NCBI GenBank assembly: GCA_963811105.1
Contig: CAWEPZ010000012.1
Coordinates: 1 to 52,329, forward strand
Direction: 5' to 3'
Origin: Candidatus Bathyarchaeota archaeon
GTDB taxonomy: Archaea > Thermoproteota > Bathyarchaeia > Bathyarchaeales > Bathycorpusculaceae
Length of the DNA: 52,329 nucleotides
In this document: piece by piece, positions 33,514-42,400 of the stretch
Layout: each line of letters starts with the position of its first letter
Position numbering within the stretch: the stretch's first letter is position 1
The notes under the pieces: generated by a model
Seen by the model: the letters and a program-made list of their open reading frames with translations, nothing else
Databases searched by the model: none
Told to the model about the DNA's origin: nothing
Made by a program: the position numbers and the translations under genes

Positions 33514-33839
33514 CACAAAAAAAGAAAAAAGTGGATGCTTACTGCTTGTTGACTTTGTTCTTCCAGTAAAGCAGAATCGCACCTGTCACAGTGGATGCTA
33601 ATGCAGTCGCCGGAGCCTTGATCTCCAGCGGAATCGGCAAAGAAGCAACAAACGTAGTAGCAGCGCCCGCAACTGTGCCAGCCAAAACGATCAGGGCTTC
33701 CTTATTCTCAGATACCTCTATCTCACCAACCAAACAAATCACCTCCAAGAAGCATTAATGGGAAAAAATTAGTTTGAGAGTAAAATTCCGAATTCATGTG
33801 GATGAAGGGCAGCAACAGCCAACCTGCCCATAAAAAAGA
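33514..33839. repeat. ~320-bp direct repeat, copy 2
   Basis: Matches 5621-5944. Confidence 0.9.
33539..33748 (-). CDS. Small two-TM membrane protein, copy 2
   Basis: About 90% identical to 5644..5853. Confidence 0.7.
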   Translation of the reverse strand: MEVICLVGEIEVSENKEALIVLAGTVAGAATTFVASLPIPLEIKAPATALASTVTGAILLYWKNKVNKQ

Positions 33840-33908
33840 ATCACTTACTTCCTGTAGCAATTGCGGAAAAGTTAAGAATAGCTTGATCTAAATACAATAA
33901 AGAAAAAA

Positions 33909-34454
33909 ATGAAACGTCGATTTAACCTTATTTTGCTTTTGCTCCTAGTCATGGTTGTCAGTTTTTCAATATTCTATTTCAGTTTGCCAGAGGGGCGTTT
34001 GGATGTATCAGGTTTTCCTTCAGCACAAAATTATGCCTCATACACTGCGGTTGGGCCGTTATATGAAGAGGGAAGTTATGCTTTAATTAACAATACCTAT
34101 CAGGTGCATAATGTTGGCAATATTAATGCAAAAAATGTGAATGTGAAATTTAGCGTGTATCCTGCGGACCCTTCTAAGTCGTGCAAGGTTATTTCAACTT
34201 CTGTCTATTCAGGCGAACCTTCTTCAGCTAACCTGCTGGTAGTAGTCAAGGATAAAGGCGAATACGCGATAGAATCATTGAATGTTGGAGAAAAAATTAT
34301 CTTTACGTTTCAAGTTAACTCGACAAATCTTCACTCTGACACCAAGTACGTCTTGACTGTTACTTCCGACAACGCTGGATCATTTTCTAGAGAAGTCCTA
34401 TCCCAAGGTAAATACGGTAGCACCATTCATGAGCAACGCTGGCCATGGTGGTAA
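33909..34454 (+). CDS. Anchored exported protein with CARDB/DUF11-like Ig fold
   Basis: N-terminal TM; VHNVGNINAKNVNV...IESLNVGEKIIFTFQV. Confidence 0.65.
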   Translation: MKRRFNLILLLLLVMVVSFSIFYFSLPEGRLDVSGFPSAQNYASYTAVGPLYEEGSYALINNTYQVHNVGNINAKNVNVKFSVYPADPSKSCKVISTSVYSGEPSSANLLVVVKDKGEYAIESLNVGEKIIFTFQVNSTNLHSDTKYVLTVTSDNAGSFSREVLSQGKYGSTIHEQRWPWW

Positions 34455-34520
34455 AGGTGCAAGTAATAGCATTAGTTTACGGATGTTTCGCAAACAAGAA
34501 GTAGGCATCTGGAAGGCACT

Positions 34521-35282
34521 CTAAATATTTATGGCAAACGTGCCAACCAGAGGATTTCCTGCGACGAAAGCAACGCCTGAGCTGAGAATGTCATGGGTCA
34601 TCATTGTGTGACTGCCCCACCCGTTGTACCAGCTGCATAAGTTAAACAAACCGATTTCATTAATTGTCCCTGAACCTCCTGCTGTTATGAGATTTCCGAA
34701 GCTGATGACTCCTGCAGCATAAGCTCCTGGTCCACATTGAAACTTTGTACTGGGGTCGGTTCCGAATATGTAGTTACTGACAAGTCCTGTAGTGAAAGTG
34801 CGGTTCCATGGGTCATAAGTTAAGCCTTGGCTGTTGGAGGGAACGGGACCCGTAGTCAGGCCATAATCCAAGGCGGCTATTCCTGGTCCTATGAAGATGA
34901 TGATGTTTTTATGGGGGTTCTCTGCGAAATAGTAGGTCATGTTAACGATTGGTCCTTGGTCCGATGAAACTGCAAATTGGTAATATTCAATCACAGCGTC
35001 TGGATTTGTTAGAGCAGAAGGAGTCAAGGTGAAGTTAACGACTGCTTCGATATTAGCGCCGTAAAGTGTCGTTGTATCGTTCCCGCTGATTTTATTAGGG
35101 TTGCAGTAAGCGTATGTGACATTAACGTCGGAGAAGGACCCGACTTTTGGCAGTTCCATATTTGCTTGTTGAGCGTCTATTTGGGCTTGAGCAGCCATCA
35201 GGTATTCTAATGGCATGATTGTTGCTATTCCGATTGCTATTGCGAGTATGCTGCATAGGATTAGTTTCTTTTCGATTTTCAT
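34521..35282 (-). CDS. Exported protein, apparently chimeric with a virus-like C-terminus
   Basis: MKIEKKLILCSILAIAIGIATIMP signal anchor; ends GSGTINEIGLF...HDILSSGVAF. Confidence 0.6.
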   Translation of the reverse strand: MKIEKKLILCSILAIAIGIATIMPLEYLMAAQAQIDAQQANMELPKVGSFSDVNVTYAYCNPNKISGNDTTTLYGANIEAVVNFTLTPSALTNPDAVIEYYQFAVSSDQGPIVNMTYYFAENPHKNIIIFIGPGIAALDYGLTTGPVPSNSQGLTYDPWNRTFTTGLVSNYIFGTDPSTKFQCGPGAYAAGVISFGNLITAGGSGTINEIGLFNLCSWYNGWGSHTMMTHDILSSGVAFVAGNPLVGTFAINI

Positions 35283-35442
35283 TTTGGTTTTTCACCGCTT
35301 TGCTATTCACTCAGAACGGCATATAATACTCCCTGAAGAACACTATTGTTCTCAAAGAGAACACCCAAGTCGCAGCCTGCTAATCATGCAATAAGTTGCC
35401 ATTGACCATTTACGAAAATAAAAAAATGGTTAATGACGAGTT

Positions 35443-35715
35443 TTAACATATTGGGATTGAGGTGTAGTCTAAGTCATAGATACCGTCGGCGTAGCGGAAG
35501 CTGTTTTGAGCAAGAACAATGTGTTTTACTCGGTCGCCGATAAGCCCCACAAATATGCCCCAACTCTTAACGGGTACATCGATAGCCATGCCAGAGCCTG
35601 AACTTTTACCAACAGATGCATCGCACCACTCAACCGCTATTAAATCGCCTGGACTTACGTTTTCTAAGGCTTTGAGCACTTGTTTTGCTTGCTTGGACAC
35701 AACAACATCTCGCAT
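35443..35715 (-). CDS. Small virus-type beta-rich protein, probably truncated
   Basis: GDLIAVEWCDAS...KSWGIFVG...HIVLAQ resembles the phage V.W.Da...T.G.L family. Confidence 0.5.
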   Translation of the reverse strand: MRDVVVSKQAKQVLKALENVSPGDLIAVEWCDASVGKSSGSGMAIDVPVKSWGIFVGLIGDRVKHIVLAQNSFRYADGIYDLDYTSIPIC

Positions 35716-35820
35716 GTAGTAAGAGACCAGTAGCTAAACTTACCCATAAAAAAGATTCTACCGATAAACAACACCTAAAAAACAACATTAAGATCCTCAT
35801 CTTGCGTTTCGCAATGCAGG

Positions 35821-36889
35821 CTATGTTAATTCGCCATAGCCCGATACCCAAACACTGTTAGTTCCATAAGCCTCTCCTGAATCTGCCCAGACATAAACCA
35901 CAAAAGCGCTCACACTGCCAGGGTACGTCTTATCTAGGTACGCAATGACTGTCCAGCATGGGTAAAGGTAAGTTGAATTCCGTATGGCTGGGGCTAAATA
36001 AGTGTTAGTGCCATTCAAGCCAAAGTCACTTATCCAAACCCCACCACCCATATTATACGAGTAGTTTTTTATAGTGTCTAATGCAATGTCCGTGGCTTGT
36101 TTTTTTGAAATATTTACAGTTGTATCACCGATCGAATACACACTCCGCTCATCCTTGAACGCTGAGAACACTCCGTTTCTATAAGCCACAAATATCGCTG
36201 GGTAATCACACTCATTATAAGTGTATGCCCAACGAAATTCCATAGTTGTCACCAAAAGCGGTATTTGATAGGTCTTTATGGGTTGTAGTGAGTTTAAGGT
36301 TGCCAGATATCAGCGAGACGTCATTTGCTGGATTAACGTTGGTTAACGTCTCAATCATGCTTGTGCAGTTTTGGCCACTAAAAGTTTGGTAATTGATAAG
36401 GAAACCTTTGGCTATGTCGGTTAGGTTGCTGTACCAACGTAGGCTTGCAATGGTATCGTTGCGAGGGTCCAAATTGCACTGTGTTAATGCGTCATTGATG
36501 AACGTACAGGTTATTTTGATTGCATACATGTTGGAGCTTAAGTCATAATCAACGAGAGTTCCAGCGAGTGCAAGTTGTTCGGGAGTGGCAAAGGATGGCG
36601 CAAATGAGTCAAGGGTTTTGATGCTAACATTGTACTTTGAGGTATCTATAGAGAGTACATCTTGAATGAAGTTTAAGCCCTTAGCCTCAATGCTGGATAA
36701 CTTATCATCTGCACTTGCTGGGCTCGTAGAGCTGAAGTTGCCCAAAGATGCGAAGACGGCGCCGACCAAAATAACAATCGAAAGTAAAACAACACCTAAC
36801 ACAACACCTATCTTGGTTGAGCGTCGTGTATTTGGTTGCGATGGAGCAGCCATTGATTCACACCATCTTCTACCCTCTGAAGGAAACAT
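35821..36889 (-). CDS. Anchored exported protein (frameshifted near 36240); paralog of 37042..37911
   Basis: FIQDVLSIDTSKY...MIETLTNV...ISGNLKLT; C-terminus YLYPCWTV...VYVWADSG. Confidence 0.7.
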
Positions 36890-37020
36890 AAAAGCCTTCT
36901 CGTCAAGATTTCCTGACTAACTTATGCAACCCTTGTTCCAAAGAATAGTACTAGATATTGTGACCTAACTAATACTTGGCTGGGAGTAAGTCAAGAAACC
37001 TTGACGAAAAGCCATATAAA
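36889..37020. promoter_or_regulatory. Back-to-back palindrome plus BRE/TATA units for the divergent paralog pair
   Basis: TCGTCAAG-ATTT-CCTGACTA (36900-36919; on the minus strand followed by GAAGGCTTTTAT) and AAGTCAAG-AAAC-CTTGACGA (36988-37007) followed by AAAGCCATATAAA. Confidence 0.75.
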
Positions 37021-37041
37021 ATGTCTGTAATCTATTAGCAC

Positions 37042-37911
37042 TTGTCTAACGTGAAAAGTTGTCTGCAAATGACAAATTACATGAAAAATAAAAAAATCTT
37101 CTTCATAATAATACTCGGCGTGATAGTGGCGACTGGGCAAATTAGTGTTGTGCATTCGGCATCTCCCTCTGAACAGAATAGGGCGTTAACGTTTATTGAA
37201 AACATTCTTCCAATAGATAGTGCCCAATGGCGTATAGAACTCAAAGTTGACGGCAACGCAACAGATACACAAGTTCGCCAGCGACTTGATATCAATAACA
37301 TTTATGTTAGTAATAGCGATAATGTGTTGATTTATTTTTTGGGTTCAATGGTAGGGACTGCGGATAGCTTGGAGGTCATTCTGGTAATCAGAGAAAACAA
37401 TTTTTACCAAGGGGTTGTAAATATCGACGACGCACCATCTTACAATAGTTTTGGACGTCAACTCGAAGTGGCTAACATTACGACTTTCTTGGCTACTTAT
37501 CAGAGTTGGTCGGGGTCTGATTCAACAAAAATGATAGAAACGTTATCAAATGTCGATATAGCTCAAAATGCCAGCATAAGTTCAGGCAACCTCACGATGT
37601 CAATCAATCGCACAGATGCGTTTACAGCGATCAGTTGGGTCTTCCAAGATTCTCGTACTTTTAGTGTTTCTTTCCAAAACAATTTCCCAGTCAGTTTCTA
37701 TGATGAACGCCAGATTCATTCTATCGTACCAACCCCAACACCTAACACAACACAGCTTCCAACGATTAATACTGGTGCAGAACCACCCAATCCAGAGCCT
37801 TTCCCAACTACGATTGTTGCCGCTGTGACTCTTGTAGTCGTGTTAGCGGTGGTTGCTGGTTTGTTGGTCTACCACAAAAAACACAAACACAACTTAGTAA
37901 AGAAAGTTTGA
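37042..37911 (+). CDS. Surface protein with PEPFP-TM-basic C-terminal anchor
   Basis: Signal peptide; PEPFPTTIVAAV...LLVYHKKHKHNLVKKV*; stop lies inside palindrome 37895-37914. Confidence 0.8.
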   Translation: MSNVKSCLQMTNYMKNKKIFFIIILGVIVATGQISVVHSASPSEQNRALTFIENILPIDSAQWRIELKVDGNATDTQVRQRLDINNIYVSNSDNVLIYFLGSMVGTADSLEVILVIRENNFYQGVVNIDDAPSYNSFGRQLEVANITTFLATYQSWSGSDSTKMIETLSNVDIAQNASISSGNLTMSINRTDAFTAISWVFQDSRTFSVSFQNNFPVSFYDERQIHSIVPTPTPNTTQLPTINTGAEPPNPEPFPTTIVAAVTLVVVLAVVAGLLVYHKKHKHNLVKKV

Positions 37912-38062
37912 CTAATTTTAGTCTAAGAATCTTTTCTTAACCGTGCGAATATGCTGTCTCTTGTGCTAAAAGGTTGCGAAAGATTTTCTGGCATGTTCTA
38001 ATGTATAGAAATAAATACGGTGATGGGATGGCTAACTGCAATGGAAGAGAAGAGGACTGCTG

Positions 38063-39658
38063 TTGCAGGTTAGAAATTCCTTAAAGGCTAACAAAAGACG
38101 CTTAGTATTAGCCTCGTCCATTGTTATAATAGCTATTATTGTTGTGTCATTATTCACCGCTATGGAAGCCAGCAAATCATCTTCTTCGCCAATAGCAAGT
38201 AAGAAGCCATTTTCTTTAGGAGTTACTTATTGTGGAAACTCAACAATTGAAGCAGAAGCACTAATTGATAAGGTTAAGAATTACACTAACCTGTTTGTTT
38301 TGCAGTCAGGAACACTAATGCTTAACTTTACTGCGACAGAACAGATATGCGACTATGCGGTAAACTCAGGATTGAATTTTATTTTATATTATAGTTCATA
38401 CGGCTTGGGAAAAAATTTGGACTTATTTCTTAATGAAGCCCAATCACGATGGGGAAGCCAGTATCTTGGAGTATATTTTAATGATGAGCCAGGAGGGCAC
38501 TTGCTTGATTCAAGTTCCATCGTTCTTAATGATAACACAAGCATTCGCATTGAAAGAAATATCGATAGTGTCTCATCATTCGTTGACCCAAGCCTAAGTA
38601 TCGTAAGAAATACTAATAGCATCTCATTTACAGAGTTATCATTGTCAGGATTGAATGCAACTGAAAATCAATATAACTTTTACATACCGTCTGGAATAGT
38701 AACGGTAACATCATATCCTCCTTTAATGAATAGGCTTATTGTAATCGGAAATTCCACTGGGACTAATCAAACGTCAAGCGGAACACTTGCAACACCCACT
38801 CAGACCATTTATTACCCTAACGGAACAATTTGTTACATAGTAAGTGCAACGTCATTTTATGACTATATGCCAAACGGAAAAGTATTAGATGAAAACCGTC
38901 AGGTTGTAACAAATCAAGGGAATATTTCCCAGTTTCAATCGTATAAACAGGTTTGGAATCTAAATCCCCTTCTAAATGATACTGACATAGCTAATCTGTA
39001 TGTAAACAACCTACAAAATACCCTATCGTCAATTGGAAATCAATCCAATGTTAAACTCTTCACATCAGACTATTCTCTATACTGGTTTGACTACCTTGCA
39101 GGCTACAATACCGTACTTGCCGAACTATTTGGTCAACAAACTGACTCTCAAACTTTAGCTTTAATCAGAGGCGCCTCAGATATGCAAGATAAAAGTTGGG
39201 GCGTGATGATTGAGCCAGCAAGCCAATTACCGCTTAACCTACAAACTGGTGACCAAATATACAACGAATTAAAACAAGCATACGAAAACGGTGCTGAATA
39301 CGGCGTTGTCTTCAACTATGCTCCAAATAGCAATAATAGGACTGGACTTTTACAAGATGAGCAGTTTAACACAATCCAAAAGTTTTGGTCGGAAGTAATT
39401 CAGAATCCCAAAGTAACTAATAATGTGAACGGACAGGATGCGTTGGTTCTGCCACGTAACTATGGTTCAGGCTTGAGAATATCAACTGATTCTGAATGGG
39501 GACTTTGGCAACCTGGTAGCTCGCAGCAAGTTTGGAATTCAGTCCAGACATCACTTGCTAAATATGGGTCAAAACTTGACATAGTCTACAATGACCCTAA
39601 CTTCTCGACTGCTGACAAATATCAGCATATAATCTATTGGAATCTAACAATTGATTAA
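38063..39658 (+). CDS. Anchored protein with putative glycoside-hydrolase-like TIM barrel
   Basis: Same motifs as 31866..33497 (YTNLFVLQSG, FNDEPGG, FTSDYSLYWFDY, YGSKLDIVY). Confidence 0.75.
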   Translation: MQVRNSLKANKRRLVLASSIVIIAIIVVSLFTAMEASKSSSSPIASKKPFSLGVTYCGNSTIEAEALIDKVKNYTNLFVLQSGTLMLNFTATEQICDYAVNSGLNFILYYSSYGLGKNLDLFLNEAQSRWGSQYLGVYFNDEPGGHLLDSSSIVLNDNTSIRIERNIDSVSSFVDPSLSIVRNTNSISFTELSLSGLNATENQYNFYIPSGIVTVTSYPPLMNRLIVIGNSTGTNQTSSGTLATPTQTIYYPNGTICYIVSATSFYDYMPNGKVLDENRQVVTNQGNISQFQSYKQVWNLNPLLNDTDIANLYVNNLQNTLSSIGNQSNVKLFTSDYSLYWFDYLAGYNTVLAELFGQQTDSQTLALIRGASDMQDKSWGVMIEPASQLPLNLQTGDQIYNELKQAYENGAEYGVVFNYAPNSNNRTGLLQDEQFNTIQKFWSEVIQNPKVTNNVNGQDALVLPRNYGSGLRISTDSEWGLWQPGSSQQVWNSVQTSLAKYGSKLDIVYNDPNFSTADKYQHIIYWNLTID

Positions 39659-39706
39659 GTAGATTAAGTAGACCTCTTCCCCAGCAAGTGTATACCGCAC
39701 TCTGTT

Positions 39707-39763
39707 CCTCTTTTGTAGACTTAAAAATAACTTTTAGAACGCTTAGTCCAATTTTCTGGACAT
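39707..39763. repeat. 56-bp element containing an 8-4-8 palindrome (inverted copy of 4599-4654)
   Basis: CCTCTTTTGTAGAC...GCTTAGTCCAATTTTCTGGACA. Confidence 0.85.
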
Positions 39764-39800
39764 CATCGTTAAAGAATGTTCTATAATGTAGTATTAAATA

Positions 39801-40799
39801 TTGGTTAAGAGAATATTTTCAAGTATCTATAAGTTGGAGAAGTTTAAAACAATGAAGCGTAGATACTACTATATAATTTCAATTATTCTGATTGTGATAG
39901 TTCTTGTAAGTTTAGTAGTATATTTCGATTACAGCTCAGCAAGTAAAACTCCAGCAAGCACACCGCCCCTTTTGTATACTCCAAGCATTTCTCCTCAAAT
40001 CATTAATGCTTCACAAGGATCAACACAACAGGTAAACCTCACTCTTACATCACTTTGTTCTACAAAAATAGCAATCCCCCTAGAAAACCTCACGATTAAT
40101 GGCTACACAATCGGCATAAGTTACAACGTCAATGCTAGTTCACCCTGGGGTACATCTGTTCAAGAAAGAGTTTTCAACTACTCTTTTAGCCTCAATCAAC
40201 TAATTCTGCAACCATTTAAGTCCAATTCAACTATGATTACAATCTACTTGACGGATAGCTTCTTGCAGCAGCCAACTACTTTGGGTAGTTATTCATTAGA
40301 CATCAATTTTGGTAAAGTTGTTTTCCTTTCCCTACCTGAAAAGTATGATATTTCATATTCAGGGGATTTTCCTTTTGTAATGATAGTTACTCCTCCTTCT
40401 GCAAATCTTAAAACTGCATTAAATGTAACTGACAAACAAGCCTATACTACAGATGTTATTGGAGTTGTTGATTCCAACTATCCATTTCATAATATGTACA
40501 TATCTGGTTCAGTGACTAATATTGGAAAAGCCATTGCATTTAATGCTGGATTACATGTTGTTGCATATGACAATAGTGCATTGGAAGTAGACATGACTGT
40601 TCCTTTAGGTGATGGTTTGGCATTTGGAACTGACAGTGCAACTAACGCTTTCCTAGCTAACAATCTTACTTATGGCATTAGTTCTTTAAAACTTTCAAGT
40701 CTAGATAATGGGAAAACTATGACAATTAACATAAGTATTTATCATGAAGGCAATGTTTCCAACTGGACTATAACTCCAGTGTGGACAAATTCTCCTTAA
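39801..40799 (+). CDS. Anchored exported two-domain protein (likely start ATG 39852)
   Basis: N-terminal TM; C-terminal domain homologous to 3883..4419. Confidence 0.75.
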   Translation: MVKRIFSSIYKLEKFKTMKRRYYYIISIILIVIVLVSLVVYFDYSSASKTPASTPPLLYTPSISPQIINASQGSTQQVNLTLTSLCSTKIAIPLENLTINGYTIGISYNVNASSPWGTSVQERVFNYSFSLNQLILQPFKSNSTMITIYLTDSFLQQPTTLGSYSLDINFGKVVFLSLPEKYDISYSGDFPFVMIVTPPSANLKTALNVTDKQAYTTDVIGVVDSNYPFHNMYISGSVTNIGKAIAFNAGLHVVAYDNSALEVDMTVPLGDGLAFGTDSATNAFLANNLTYGISSLKLSSLDNGKTMTINISIYHEGNVSNWTITPVWTNSP

Positions 40800-40815
40800 T
40801 GAGAATCTTCATGCA

Positions 40816-40873
40816 TAGTCAACAAACTTTGAAACTTAGCTTAGTCAAGGAACTTTTACGAATAGCCTTTTAT
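40816..40873 (+). promoter_or_regulatory. Paired palindromes plus BRE/TATA
   Basis: TAGTCAAC-AAAC-TTTGAAAC (40816-40835), TAGTCAAG-GAAC-TTTTACGA (40842-40861), then ATAGCCTTTTAT. Confidence 0.7.
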
Positions 40874-40893
40874 CGGCTTCAAGCATCGTTAGT

Positions 40894-41850
40894 TTGATAG
40901 ATAAGAGAATGAGCAAGAAAATCGGATTAGCACTCACGTTGGCACTTATGTTATTGCTTTTAATTAGTATGTCGAACTTTGACATGACCAAAGCACAATC
41001 TATTTGGTCAATGTGGGGTATTCCAGCAGAACCGATTAACGCTTCACCAACAATCAGTATCTCTTCTCCCACCTTCAATGAAACCTTTATTTCGCCATTA
41101 GTTACGATTGACTTTAGAATAAACGAACCTGAACAATGGTTTGAATATAACGCAAGCATAGGAGTCCCTCCCTATATTCACGCAATGACCCCATACCCCC
41201 ACAATTTGGTCGTTGGAAACATAACCTCAGTTTATTACATTCTAAATGGAGAACGCCAAAATCTTTCTGTGCCTGTTTTTTCTGCTCTCCAACCTACAAA
41301 CGGAGGTTTGTCAACGTACCTAAGCTATTCTATTCCTATTCATCTCACTAATGGACAATACACTCTTCAAGTATATGTTGAGGGAAGTAGCTTTTACATT
41401 CCAAACATCTTCACGGGCAATATTTTAGAAATAGCTGTAAACGCTGTTGCCCAACCGATTTATTTTGCTGTTAATTCTCCAATGCCTCTCATTACTGCTC
41501 CTAAAGAAATAACTTATAATGAAAACAACATACCTTTTCAATTTACGACAAGCGGTTTGTCCACTTCTTGGATTGGATACAGCTTAGATGATAAGGACAA
41601 CGTGACTATAACAGGAAACACAACGTTAACAAGCTTAAGCAATGGAAAACATTCCTTGACCGTTTACACTAATGACACTTTAGGAAACAGTTATGCATCG
41701 CAAACTATCAACTTCTCAGTTGAAACAACAGACCTATATCTAACAATCGCAGTTATCGCCATTCCAGTTGCGATGGTATGTTTGATTGCAGTTCTGTTGC
41801 TCCTTAGAAGGCATCGAAAACTCATCTCTCAAAACAAACCCAACGTTTAG
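40894..41850 (+). CDS. Surface protein with Ig-like repeats and C-terminal TM
   Basis: Signal peptide; GYSLDDKDNVTITGNTTLTSLSNGKHSLTVY; TM then RRHRK. Confidence 0.8.
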   Translation: MIDKRMSKKIGLALTLALMLLLLISMSNFDMTKAQSIWSMWGIPAEPINASPTISISSPTFNETFISPLVTIDFRINEPEQWFEYNASIGVPPYIHAMTPYPHNLVVGNITSVYYILNGERQNLSVPVFSALQPTNGGLSTYLSYSIPIHLTNGQYTLQVYVEGSSFYIPNIFTGNILEIAVNAVAQPIYFAVNSPMPLITAPKEITYNENNIPFQFTTSGLSTSWIGYSLDDKDNVTITGNTTLTSLSNGKHSLTVYTNDTLGNSYASQTINFSVETTDLYLTIAVIAIPVAMVCLIAVLLLLRRHRKLISQNKPNV

Positions 41851-41982
41851 AGAAAAAGCATAAACTAAATTTACAATGAAAAGCTTGATAAACTTAACTT
41901 TATCAAGGTCTTGTTTTAAGATTTCTTATTTTTGTTGTTTTTCTGTTGCTTAATTACTGAATAGTCGCTAAACCTAACTAGG

Positions 41983-42276
41983 CTACAATAACAGTTTCCC
42001 AAAAGACCTCTCAAGCGGCGCCACTAACTCCTGCAATTCACCAAACTTACGCAGAAAATCAAGCCCCAACCGCGTGGTACCATAAAACGTCTGGTCATGA
42101 TTAATGCTTTTAGACAAGAAACCGCAACGCACCAACTCGTCACCGAAAAAATGGAAAGTATCATTACAAAGGTTACACCGTCGAGTAATCACAGAAGCCA
42201 TAACAGGTCCAGCTCTACAACACACAAGAATCTCGCAGACAACTGCTACACGGCGCCGATGACCCCTAAACTTCAT
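41983..42276 (-). CDS. Archaeal winged-helix regulator (HTH_45-like)
   Basis: RRRVAVVCEIL...ITRRCNL...LVRCGFL...YGTTRLGLDFL. Confidence 0.7.
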   Translation of the reverse strand: MKFRGHRRRVAVVCEILVCCRAGPVMASVITRRCNLCNDTFHFFGDELVRCGFLSKSINHDQTFYGTTRLGLDFLRKFGELQELVAPLERSFGKLLL

Positions 42277-42400
42277 TACCCTCCAAACTCTTCAGCATTT
42301 CCCGCGCCTGTTGCTGACGTTTCTTAGCACGCTTCCGCTCATGAGACCCCATCAGCTTCATTCCTCATCCTTCATATTTTCGATGCGTTTACCACCTCTC

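Noticed and set aside
4482-40861. Palindromes read as a CRISPR array or IS/MITE ends
   Set aside because: Spacing is irregular and gene-sized, copies are degenerate, and there are no cas or transposase genes and no target duplications.
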